From Puccinia triticina (taxonomy: Eukaryota): 64,000 nt of DNA. The stretch spans positions 3,968,001 through 4,032,000 of the forward strand of contig CP110439.1 of assembly GCA_026914245.1 (NCBI GenBank), written 5' to 3'. Numbering within the stretch: the stretch's first letter is position 1; each line of letters opens with the position of its first letter. A model generated the notes under the pieces. The model saw nothing but the letters and a program-made list of their open reading frames with translations. It was not told the DNA's origin and ran no database searches. Below, piece after piece: positions 51,155 to 62,862 of this stretch. Both the position numbers and the translations under genes were made by a program.

Positions 51155-53008
51155 GATGATGTCTCAAGACGCGTCACTGGCGGCAGTCGCGTCGTGGGGG
51201 CTATGGATCGAGGCCGAGAGCGTCTGAGCTGACTTCGCTCGATTGCCGGGAGGGGGGTCGGGGGGGGGGGGGGGGGGGGGGGGGGATCGCCAGTAGGCAT
51301 TGGGGGGGAAAACAGTTCTGTCAAGCTTTGAGGAGTGTTTTGTGAGAAGGGGGGTAGGGGATAGATTTTTAAAAAATTCGAGGTGGTTGCGGACAGAACT
51401 GCTCTTCATTGGTTGAACTCCTGCCTTTTGTTTTCTTCTTCTTACTTGTGCTTCAACCTTGCCTCAGCCATGGTATCCAACAGACACAAGTTCCACCGCT
51501 CTTCCCGACTTCCTGCGCGAGAAACTCGGCTACAGAGGCAATACCGACTCGCCAAGAAAAAGGAAGCTGAAGATGAGATGGCGGCATACCATACGGACAA
51601 TGCTCGACGGGCTGCTGAGCGAGCCGTACGAACCCAAGATGTGAATGCGCCCGATTTTGCTGAGGACTATTCAGCTCACCCGGCCACATATGGCGGACCA
51701 TCGTACTGGGAGGATCTGGAAGAAGATGCAAATCAACATCAGGCGACGCGCACCGAAATAGGTTCATACTATCAGAGCTTGATCCAACAGCAGAGGTGGC
51801 GGAGCTGGACCAACATTTTTAATGCACTTTTTCCGGCATACACCCTGTTAAAGCGAGTCACAAACAACTGGACCTCGCCTAGCTCCTTTGATGATAACTC
51901 AAAAGAGCTCTGTAACTGTGAAGATCACCAGAAAAAAGCTCGACCGGTTGACTTGGTTGACTTGTTAGGTGTGTAGTTGTCTGAAGAATTTGCCTTCTTT
52001 AATAGCAACACTGAACTCTGAATAAAATTGTTCTATTTATGTACAGGCCAGCAGCGCAAAATGATAGATTTTTGTTCTTGTGCCCCCGATGCGGTACAAA
52101 TAATGGCGCACAGTTACCTGGCCAGCACACCAATATTTCCCCAAACCGCTTTTTCCCTGCGACTGCTAAATTTCTATGATCTACTCTGGAACTTGTGTAA
52201 TGCAGCCGCCACACCATTTGCTGAAATTCTGCGTCGTTGGAACGAGTCAATTTCAATGCGACTTTACAATAAGAAGGAGACTAAGGTAGATCTTATTTAA
52301 TGCTTAATGGGGTTTGCATATCTGACTCCTTCCCCTCAACACGTTCTATAGCCCTGTGACCTCCGTCGCAACTTAACAGCTGCAATTGATACATATCGCT
52401 TGCTTTTAGCAAAGCATCGGACTACGGTTGAAACGTTCACATCAGATTGTCATCAAGATATACTAGCTCAACAATCGTGCCCAGCTTGTTTTGGATCAGC
52501 ACTCCCTGTCGCTAATCCCTCTCAACCTGCAGATAATAAAGAGATTTTTGTTTGCCTCAATGGCAACTTTCAGCACAGGCATCACGAACGAGCCTCAAAG
52601 AACCACCTGCCTTTACAAACTCCAGACATGTTTCTGAAACCGGAGGAAATTGACGCAGCAGAAAAAAACATTATTGCTCACGAACAAGCTCAAAAGAAGA
52701 CTCAACTTGCAGTGAGGGTTATATTTGGTACATTTTGGTTGAAAATTGGCTGATGGGTGTCACTTAATTGAACACAGAAAGACCGATGTTCCGATCAGCA
52801 CAAAGCTGCAGACAACAAGTGGAACGCAAGCACTTGGAAGGGCTGTGATGACACAGGCCTCATGGGTTGCTGTTGTCGTCACGACTCACTAGTCTATTTC
52901 TGTAATATTAACCGGGCGGGAGAGGGAAGATGCTTACCAATGGCTATCCTTGAACAACTTTTCAAAGAGATACAGCCTGAGATGAAGCTAAGAGTTCTCT
53001 ACGATATT

Positions 53009-53203
53009 AGGGGGGTTCACGTAAGGCTGATTTCGAAAATCAGCAACCAAAACCAGCAGATGCAGCTTTTGAAAATCGTGAGAAAGCGAAAAGGTTTGGC
53101 TGGGCAGCTCCCCTTTGGAAGCAATCTGCAAGGTATAAACCTTACTCACAGGTGCATGAGCAGACGAAATCAGCATTGCTTTTTTTGCAACGTGAACCCC
53201 CCT
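53009..53203. mobile_element. MITE with AGGGGGG...CCCCCCT termini and ATT TSD inside the KDZ gene
   Basis: TIR aggggggttcacgt / acgtgaacccccct; ATT at 53006-53008 and 53204-53206; removal restores TAC GAT ATT GGC TGC (YDIGC). Confidence 0.93.
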
Positions 53204-54137
53204 ATTGGCTGCTCCCTGGATAAATTCATCAAAATTGTAAGCTTTTGACTTGCATGCCGGAGTTGCATTGAGCGTGAAAAATAGTCTCATGTTTTAGTTG
53301 GAAAAACAGCGTAAACTTCTTACATCCGAATCACCCAGGATGAAGTTTGCGACATCAATATTTCATTCGTATGTGCATGAATGGGAATGCCAAATGAAGT
53401 ACAATCCCAGGTACAACATTGGGTGGGGTCTTTCCGATGGAGAAGGCTTGGAGCAACTCTGGTCTTACCTTTCCCCTCTTGTCAGCTTCCTACGAAATGC
53501 GGCAAGGAATAATTGGCTCAATTCGCTCAACCATCGTAGTCTGTTCCACAACCAACTTGTAGTAGAAAAACTTGGTTGGTCTATCTCATTTGCTGATTCC
53601 AGTACTGCTTTACTAATGATCTTGTTTGATTAGTCAATACTCTGCAGCAAAAGTTTATGCTAGCATTTGCCCATCAAAAACACTCGCAAGATCTACTTTT
53701 TAAGCTGCAAGCTGAGCCAAACAAGCACACGCCAGATCAATCAAGGTTCACTGTAGAATTTTTTAGAGCAGAGTGGGAAAAGCAGTTATTGTCTTTTTCA
53801 AGAAGCTTGGACAAAATTGCGAATTTTTTTGTTTCATTATGGACATAAATCTGTGAAAATCCAGATCCAGCTCGAGGATCCAATTTGGCTGGCTCGCCTA
53901 TGGATCTTCAGGGTGATGCAGATCCCACACCGGTCATTGCAAATCCCACCCAACATTACACCCAGCAGTAATAAGGTTGGCATGTGGGCCTGAAAACCTT
54001 ACTGCACTGCATCATCACATTCACAGCCCCTGGCCCGCTACCGCCGCCACTACCCATCCGCCCGCACGCCACCACCAGCCATCTTTCTGCCCGCCTACCA
54101 CGACCACGACCACCTACCCACCCGCCTGCCAGAGAAA

Positions 54138-55309
54138 ATGGGATTCCGAAAATACAACCCCGGAACCAAGATCGCAACCGTCCGTATGATTGCTCAATCA
54201 CACTCAAGAGCTTCAGTCTGCGACACGCTCGGCTTTTCAATCTCACGCCAGTCTATGGACCGCTGGATGCAGCTCTACCATGCAACTCAACGGGTCATTT
54301 GTGATCCTTCCGAATACGAAAAGAAAGGCCCTACTCAATTGCTCACCACTGAAGACCAGATATTTATCAAAGAATTGCTCCGTTGCGAGCCAGGATTGTT
54401 CTTGGACAAGCTCCAAGAACGGCTTTATGACGAAACCGACACCTTCTTGAGTCTCACTACCCTCCACCGCAACCTCGTCGAGCATATGGAGATCACTTTG
54501 AAGAAAGCCAACACACTGAACATCAAGAAATCTCTCGTTGCCAAGCATGATTTCATCGAACGGATGGCATCAGTGCCTGCTGAGTATTTGGTTTTTACCA
54601 GCGAGTTTTTTCATCTGTGCTCCTCATTAATCAGCTCCATTGCTGATGTTTAATTGGATGCTTCTAGATGAATCATCTATCTGCTCGAAGGACTTACTGC
54701 GAACGTTTTCACGTTCCCCCAAGGGTACTCAAGCCAATAGGACGATTATCGATTCAAATGCGACTCGTTTCACGCTCTTGCCTGCCATTGGTTTCAATGG
54801 TATACTGGCCGTGACTGTGACCGACAACAACGTCAAGGGTTCCAACTTCGGGCACTTTTTGAAGTATTCCCTGGTAAGTCTGCATCCATTTACATCAATA
54901 TTGGCTGTGTCATACTACTTACTCAGCTATTTTTGCGTCTACATATACACAGCTCCCGCGAATGAACCGCTACCCAGATAACAACTCCGTGCTCGTTCTG
55001 GATAACGCAAAAGTCCATATTGGGGAACGAGTCCATCGGTTATGTGAAAACGCTGGGGTGAAGATAGTTTTTCTGCCAACCTACACCCCTGAGCTCAATC
55101 CCATCGAGTTCTGTTTCTCTCAGGTTAAGTTGGATCTTCGTCGCTCTCAAGCCCTTGTCAGGTGTGCGGACCCCGAGTGGGTTATTGAACGCACAATGTA
55201 TCAAGTAGTTTCTGCTCGGCTTTGTCAAAAGCTCTTTAATCATGCAGGTTACCTTTGCCCCTACACCTTGGATGATCCCGACCTCCATGAGTTCCATTTT
55301 TCTGAATGA
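54138..55309 (+). CDS. Tc1/IS630-type DD34E transposase; 3 exons, first catalytic Asp apparently mutated to Asn
   Basis: Exons 54138-54600, 54668-54873, 54953-55309; N-terminal HTHs, FT(N)ESS, VLDNAKVH, PTYTPELNPIE with 34 residues between D and E; first intron donor is GC. Confidence 0.88.
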
Positions 55310-55959
55310 CTATCCCAGTTTCCCTGTTGTAGTTAGTCTTTTGGTCTTTTGGCTCTCCCAGCAACGCTTTATCTCAGCGGTGGTGTCTCTCACTATATAT
55401 ATTTTTATCTACATCATAGCGAGATTATTTACCAAGTTCATTTCTTGGACTGACACCATGACTCCTTTGTGCCCCACCCAACATTCATTAGATGAGTGAT
55501 CGATCAAAATGGGCGAAATCAAGGGCTTACAGGCTTACAGCTGGTTAGGCCCTGCACAGCTGGTTAGGCCCTGCAAGCGTGTAAGATGACACCAAATCTG
55601 ACTGCGCGCCTGTTGGCGGACGCTGGTCGGTCGGAGCGGCCCTTATCTCTGACGCTGGCTCTTGGCCTTGCTGCTTCCCATGGTAGGTTAGGTTGGGCCA
55701 TTCCGCATGATTGGGCCGTGTGGTCGGTCAGATTGATGCATGTGACCGGACCCACAGTCTGTCATTGCAGTCCGGTGGGGTTGGCCTTTTGGGCAGGGCA
55801 CCGTGGTTGACTCTGACATGGCCTGGTGCATATAAGAGGCAGAGGTTTGGCGCGATGTTTGATCAATCCCCAGTTGCCTCGCTTCCTCGGGGCTGCCTTT
55901 TATCCCTTCTTCCTACGCTCTGCGGTTCCGCCTTCAGAGTAGATTAGATACAACCAGCT

Positions 55960-57472
55960 ATGTCCGAAAACACCGGCAAAATACTCTGCCCAGAAACCCA
56001 GGCAGAAGAAGACACCTCACTGGTTGCCAGATCTCCTCGTCTTGCCTCCGTTGGTCTGGACTACTTGGGATTTATCACAAATGGTCAGAAGCCCGAGTTT
56101 CCTCATTGTAGTTTTTCTCCCGGGCGCGCTCCTTGGACGATCATATCACCTATCAGAGACTTAGGCGTCATGAACATCGACCTGCTTTCAATGACTTGGG
56201 AGGAGTTCCAAATTTTGGCGTTAGAACACGTGAAACAAAGCCCTACGATTAATCCACTTTTTCGCCTTTTGCGTGATGCCAATTATATTGGGGCCCTTGA
56301 ATGGCGTGTCACACTATCGGGGCATCCGGATTACACTTCTGCAAACAAGATTCAGGTTGCCGGCGACGCCTCGTTCTCCAAGTTTGCAGAGGCCGCCTAC
56401 GACTTTTTTCCGAATGCAGTCGTCTTTAAGATGATTATGCGTGAACCAAATGACCCTCCCGCGGATGTGAGTCCTATTAATTACTTCGGTAATTTATATT
56501 CACTTTGTTTTGTAGTTAACTAATGTCTGCCCTCGCTTCTGTTGTCCTTCCACTAGTCAATGCCGGCCGACGGGAATTCCGTCAAAAGAGCTCACCCAAT
56601 GGACGCCGATGGAGAGCGCCGTCCCGCTATCGCCTTGAGGACCCCCGGAGCATATAGGTTCCAAGTAAGTCTCTTCTCTCGGGTTTGACAGGCACATCAG
56701 GATGTCAAATTCATCGTTGGATGATTTTATTGTCTGATTGCAGAAGGTCAGCGGTTCCGGGAATCAAGGCCTTTCAACTGGGCAGTCCAACAGCCCGCAA
56801 CCTGGCCCCGACGACGGGGTCAATGCATCCCCTTTGGGAGGCAGGGGCCATGGCGCCGTTCAGAACAACGTCAGTGTGGCTATGTGGCTATGGTTATGGT
56901 TACCCAGTGATCCCGCAATACTGATGAGCATTTACTCGCAGCAATCCACTGGGAGCCGCAGTGTTACACGCGCCGTCACAAAGGACGGTCCCAAAGGAAT
57001 GTCCACCCCCAAGACGTCCGCGCCGAAGACTCATGAGGTGGGGCCCTCTCCCTTGGCAACCAACACGACTGCCCCACGCGTCCCGGCTGGACGTCAGCCA
57101 GTATCAACGGACGAGATTGAAGTGATCCGCGGGCCTCTGACTGCTACAGCCCGCCGCGTGGTTTCTCTCCCATCGACTCGAGTTATCCAGTCGCCTCAAG
57201 CCGGTCCGACCCACCAAGCAAGGATCCCACTCGTCCCTGAACCCCCCGAGTTGCAAAGCGTCCCCTTCGAGAGGTTCCTGGACGTCGCCGGCATTCATTC
57301 AAAGGATTCTGGAACCCGACGCCAATTGAGCACCCATGGCATAATACATTGGACCTTTTTCAGAAGTGCGACCGAGCAGGCGTTACTTGATTTGGGATTC
57401 CCTATTGGGACGGCCCGCCTACTTTGCGAGGGGGTCGCTCTACTTGAACGAGATGTTTATTCCAATAGATAG
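55960..57472 (+). CDS. Transposon-associated accessory gene A (about 423 aa) with C-terminal SAM-like domain; 4 exons
   Basis: Exons 55960-56466, 56557-56664, 56744-56869, 56942-57472 are phase-0 GT-AG and stop-free; TATA-like catataag at about 55829; C-terminus FLDVAGI..LSTHGI..F..TEQALLDLGFPIGTARLL. Confidence 0.72.
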
Positions 57473-57505
57473 ATGCAGCACGCTTCAGATAGATGTAGCA
57501 CACTT

Positions 57506-57739
57506 CACTCAGTGCCTTGATAGGTTATTTAGGGTTATCGACTTAGTAGTTTGTCCTCTCTCTCCAGAAAATATACTTAAATGTTAGTGATCTATTCCTT
57601 CCGCTTAGCGCGCGAGGGTCTCACTCAGTGCCTTGATAGGCTATTTAGGGTTATCGACTTAGTAGTTTGTCCTCTCTCTCCAGAAAATAAATACTTAAAT
57701 GTCAGTGATCTATTCCTTCCACTTACCGCGCGAGGGTCT
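57506..57739. repeat. About 116-bp tandem duplication between the convergent accessory genes
   Basis: cactcagtgccttgatagg...gcgcgagggtct occurs at 57506 and 57622 with few differences. Confidence 0.9.
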
Positions 57740-58373
57740 TGTGAGTCTTTGGCTCGAGGGCGAGCCATTTTGCTCGCTTAGAGCTTGAGCAATTTCTAGT
57801 GTGAGCAGACATTCGCGCAAGCCTTCATTGGCCTCAAGCACAGAGTACATCGGCAGATGATTAGTTTGAGTGAACTTCTTTCGCTTAGTGCGCGATGCTT
57901 GTGAGTCTTTGGCTCAGAGGGCAAGCTATTTGCTTCCTGAGAGTTTGGGTCAGAGCGCAAGGCATTTTGCTTGCTAAGAGTGCATTCAATTTCAGCCACC
58001 GATATCAAGTGCAGACCATGTTTGTATATGTATTTTCATAGGTAGGAAGAAACTAAATTTTCATAGGTAGGAAGAAAAATGTTCAACCAAGGTGATGACA
58101 GGAAATGGAGAGATCAATCAGGAAACCAAGCGCAGTATTTGTAATTCAGCAAGAGAGAGGAGAGATCGGCAAACCAAGCAAGGGCAGACGGACTGTTTTT
58201 ATCTTTGTAGAGAGGAAACAGTCGTGTATATTGTATATGGTGAGAGAGAGGAAACAGTCGTGTATTATAAATTTTGGTCAGTCAGTCCGAGAAAAAGAGA
58301 ACCCAAACACTGGACAAGAAAGACCACAGCAAAAAAACCAAATATACTATTCCCTTTGACGGCGAAGGGTGCG

Positions 58374-59998
58374 TCAGTACGGTCCAACATTGTTGCGGAG
58401 CTTCGCCAGAGTCCCCTTAGTAAGTCCCAAGCCCTTCAAATCTTCATTCGACATGTATCCGTCCGCAAACATTTGGTAGCTGTCAATATCTTCGCCCGCC
58501 AGAATCGCCAACGTCTTCTCGGTAGGCAGAACCCCTGCAAACTTCAGGTACTCAATCAACAACGGGGGGTCCCCCTCGAGGGAGCCAGCATCCGAAGACG
58601 GTGGCGATCATGCAAGATTAAGGTTGGTTGCATTGGATCCGATCGTCGCACGGCAGGCTTCAACCAAGCTTGCCACCAGATCAGATGAGCCCAACCGTGG
58701 GCCCGGCGCGCCAGGGGAAGCGTCCAGCGGCGATGATTTCTTTGTTTTGCGGTTATAATATTTGAGCGTCACAGGTGGAGATAAGAGACTAACTCCTGGC
58801 TCCTTCAGATGCTGGAGATCCAAAAATTCACCAGTAAGTCATCTCGCTGCCTCAAAAAAGAAGGTGGGCAAATCCACTCACAATCGCTTTGGCCCATAGA
58901 GCCACATTGCCCGGCGTTAGAATTATGTATCTATTGACGTCGGTTGGATCCGGGTAGATTGGGTGAGAAGAGACCACGCCTGTGTTCCGCTTGTATTTAT
59001 TGAAGAGATCCTCTTTGATAATTGTTCGCGCCTTGAAATCTTCATTGCAAGAATCTCCCTAAAACATCGACCCCAGTTCAGTAAATAAAGATATATGAAC
59101 TGATCTGATCAGGTTTACAAGTACTAACATCAGAATCGTTCTCCATAGGATCCAAAGGGTGCAAACCCAACGAACTTCCTTGAGATTGTCGTGCCGCCAT
59201 AGTCGCCTCCCGAGCCTCGCTACGCCTGACCGATTCCGCAAGCAAATCATTATTTGCAGCCAACGCGATCTTCACCGCCGGGTCCGCCATCTTGATGGAA
59301 ATCCCCCCTTCGGTGGCAGGGGTCCTTGCATTGGTAATCGCATCTATCCAGGCGGCAAAGTCGGAGCGAGTGGAGATAGGTTTGGGTCTACCCTTCGGCC
59401 ATTGTTTGTTACGAATAATGTAACCGCTCCAATGGATATAAGGGGGGATAGCGGTTGTCCCCTTGTGAAGCAAGCTCGGCAGCTTGTCGTAATTCTCGGC
59501 GCACTTCGCCGCGACCAATCGATGGAACAAATCGTAGGTGATCGTGCGGGTGTCAAAGGTGATCCAATGACCTTCTTTAGGTGATCGTATAGACTTCCAA
59601 ACTGGTTGATTCTGCTTGTTTTTCCTCGAGCAGTACACAACAAACGAGATGTCGCAGGTGAATATGTGTGGAGCGACAGGCAGTACGGAACGACTAGGAA
59701 TGTGAGGCAGGCCCACTTGGGCTGGTGGCGGTAGTGGGACGACATCATTTGGCAATTCTTCATCGGCGGATCGAATGGATGGGGAATGATGGAGTTCGAA
59801 TTGCGTGGACGCTGGAGAAAATCCGTCAAAAGTCAAAGCGTATCCATATGAGGAGGGCGGACGGAGCAAGCCCGAAGCCGGAGGCATGCTAAAGTTAGAC
59901 GGATAGATGTGTGAGTCGGGTTGATGGAAATTGGGCCGCGAGGCCATCAAGTGCTCATTCTCAGAGGGCGGATAGATCTCGGACGATGGGGCTGACAC
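58374..59998 (-). pseudogene. Transposon-associated accessory gene B with C-terminal SAM-like domain; 3 exons, start codon damaged and one premature stop
   Basis: Exons 59998-59129, 59058-58882, 58811-58374; begins GTG at the insertion junction; in-frame TGA at 58610-58608; C-terminus EYLKFAGV..EDIDS..MSNEDLKGLGLTKGTLAKL. Confidence 0.72.
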
Positions 59999-61979
59999 TT
60001 GGAGTTACTGAAGTCTTTGGCGTAAGCATCTATGCACTGCTTTCGTTTCAACTTCAAGCAAATCATATCTTGAGTTTTTGTTCCTTTCCAAACATCAGGG
60101 ATCTATTTCTTTCTACCCTGGAATTGTCAAATTCAAACGCCAATCGTGCTCATGCAATGAATATTCTCCAAGACATCCAATTGCTGCAACATGCTCAAGA
60201 GAATGAAGTCTCCTCTATTGGCGGTGATTTTTCAGATTTAAGTCCACAAGACAGTAAGTTGATCGTGGCAGTGCAAAAAACAAATAACATCCATCTTATA
60301 CCAATCTCCTCCTCCATATCCAGAAGAACAGCAACAACAGAAGATATTGCTCTGGAGCGCAAAGTCTGCTTTATTTAAGGTAGCAATTGAATTGCAGGCA
60401 GAAACACAGCCTTTGCAAGCGTCAAAGGACCGCGGCGAACGACTTGGTACTCGACTGAAGGAAAAAATTTACGCGGCTCTTAAGCAAAGAAAAAACGGTG
60501 TTGTCAAAGCTATCCAGACGTTCTGTGATTGTCGGGCGTCGTACCTCAAAAATTTTGCGCCTGAAGACTTGCAGTTACCCGAGAACAAATTGTTTGGCTA
60601 CAAAGAGTTCATGAAGATGGGTCTCAACCACCCATTCTGGAACGATGGCTACATGTGCCTCTCAAAGGATCCCTGGGCAGTTGATCCGGTTGTACGCACA
60701 GGAATTCATGCCATGCTTGGTTTGGATCGCGCTAATGAGGAGATCATCCAGCTCCAAGTTGAGCTGAGACGTTCGCTGTCTTGGGGAATCTCTCATTGGA
60801 ATCGACTCAAGCAAATTATAGATAAATCACTGGAGAGTAGGCAAAACTCAATCATTCGTGATTTTTTTATGTTAGCTAATTAATGTTTACAACAGGAGAC
60901 TCCCAACTCGATAGCTGCTTAAAACAGGCTTTTGGAGAAGTTCAACTTGCTGGAGTCAGCAATTGCCCAGGTGGGACATACCAGCTGCTAGGTGGCGATC
61001 TATGCTTTGCTCGGGTGGACCATGAAGGCCTGATGATCAATTGGAACGATACAATCTCAAAAATGCTGGAGACTAAACTGATATCGCGCGAAATCTTAAC
61101 AGACAAATGGTTCCACATGATTGAATCATTGATGTGCACCATTGACACCGAATCAAGCAGTGTGGATGTTCAAATGGAGCAGGCAGTTCTTAAACAACAA
61201 GACTCCGATGGTGAAGAAAATGAAGGGCCAAACGAAGATGATGACTTTTTTGAAGATGAGGACTAGAACTTTTTTAGTGGATCGTAATACATTGTGAAAA
61301 TCCATCTTCTCATTCATGGAAATTAATATCCTGTGGAGATATGTGTATTGTGTCAATGGCACAAGTTCTTGGACCTTCACCAAAAGAGACAACCCTAAAA
61401 AATTGCACATGAACAAAAAGAGAGAGCACTCCAGAACGGGTCATCATCCTGCTTCATCGCCGGAACTGTGCCTATATGGGAGGGTTTTCAACTCCTCTTG
61501 ACCACAATATTCAGACAAAATATTTCTGTTTCTGGTAAACAGAAACAATAAGAGAGAGTTTAATTTTCCTGTGTCATGCTCCAGTGCAAAGCAAAAGTGT
61601 GGTATGTTGCATGCGGAATCCTTTTTCAAGTTAGCTAGGAAAACCTAAAAGTGCGGTGGACATGAAATAAAACACTGGATGACTCAGTTTTAGTATTATT
61701 CTTTCATGTGTTCATGCAAATGGTATAATAATTTTTTTTCAATTAGAATTAGTCTTTTATGGGTTCATGGAAGGGGTGGTATATTTACAAAAGAATGTTT
61801 TATATTTTATTAATCTGATGAAATATTGATGCTTTTTTTTGTAAGCACTGAAATTTTTTTAGTCACTCTCTTCACACATAGGGACATGAAATATGTGCAT
61901 GGCCCTATGTTGAAAAGGAATGACTAAACACATTTTTGCTTCCAAAGTGTATAATTTATTCATATCAAATATTCGGCCT

Positions 61980-62184
61980 TTTTTTCCGCTAAAAGCGCTG
62001 TAGCGCAGCGTAGTGACTGTAGCGGCGCGCTAACACTAACAAACAATTGGGGCGCTGTTAGCGCTGTTGAAACGTAGCGCAGCGTAGCGGCGCTAACAGC
62101 GCGCTAACGCTACTCAAAATGGGCGGGCGCTTTTTGCCGCTACGCTAACGCTAAGTGGCCCGGTAGCGTAGCGACCCACCGTTG
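61980..62184. mobile_element. One end of a CAAC...GTTG family element
   Basis: Reverse-complement homologue of 15934-16145, ending tagcgtagcgacccaccgttg; partner end not found in the window. Confidence 0.8.
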
Positions 62185-62862
62185 ACCGGCGTTGTGTGAT
62201 AGTTTGATTACCAATCCTCTTTGCGACAGCTGGTCAATGCAGTCTGATATCATCTTTGGTCGGTGCCTCCTAATACTATCACTCCATGAACTTCATCCAC
62301 CGTGCAATTGGCCGGTTGTGGTTTCTTCTGGTGATTGTCCATGTCTGTTGTGTGACATTAACTATAATCCACATATTTCCCATAATAATTGCACCTCCCC
62401 TTTTGAATAAATAATCATCTGGGAAGTACTCGATTGGAAGCAAAACCAAATGTCCAAGACTTTGCAATTGGTGTCGCCCAACATGCTCTTGCAAAGAAAT
62501 GTGCCATTAAGACCGGATGACGGGTGGTGAGTGGAACACTGAGCTGAATGAGTGTGAACCCTTCTGGTGAGATTTGAAATGTTGTGAATGTTTTGGTTGC
62601 ACCAAGGGTGGCTCTTGAAGTGCGGTCAAATTCTTGGCTTGAGCTACATGCGCTCGTGAAAGGAGTTTTGGGTCCAACAAAGCAACACGGAGACAAATGT
62701 ATTTAGAACCTCTGAGTAAACCCAGCTTTGCAAAAGTGGCGCCTTTCAATAGGTTGAGAGCTGCTCATTATATTTACTAGCTGTTCGCAATTTACTGTTG
62801 ACCAAGTTGGTAGACAGGCGCACATCATCAACATAATTCACTTGGTATGAATAATTCTGTTT

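Larger units (their letters stand above)
46909..51403 (-). mobile_element. Tad1-like non-LTR retrotransposon (LINE), both ends present, RT core deleted
   Basis: Poly(A) tail (T-run 46907-46929); 11-bp TSD CTTCATTGGTT at 46898-46908 and 51404-51414; ORF1 and ORF2 remnants. Confidence 0.93.
51470..61266 (+). pseudogene. CxC1 + KDZ (Kyakuja-Dileera-Zisupton) transposase gene, multi-exon, split by insertions
   Basis: CxC1 (CNC..VDLVDL..FCSC..P.FPQTAFS); CPACFG; CLNGNFQHRH; CDDTGLMGCCCRHD; YDI..GC; FHSYVHEWECQ; GWGLSDGEGLEQLWS at 51470-53810; C-terminal half (ELLKSLA.., LLWSAKS, RLGTRLKEK, HPFWND, DPWA) at 60001-61266. Confidence 0.9.

Noticed and set aside
46200..61980. Termini and TSD of the whole KDZ element
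   Set aside because: No convincing inverted repeats or duplication were found near 46.6 kb or 61.3-62 kb, so element boundaries are not called.
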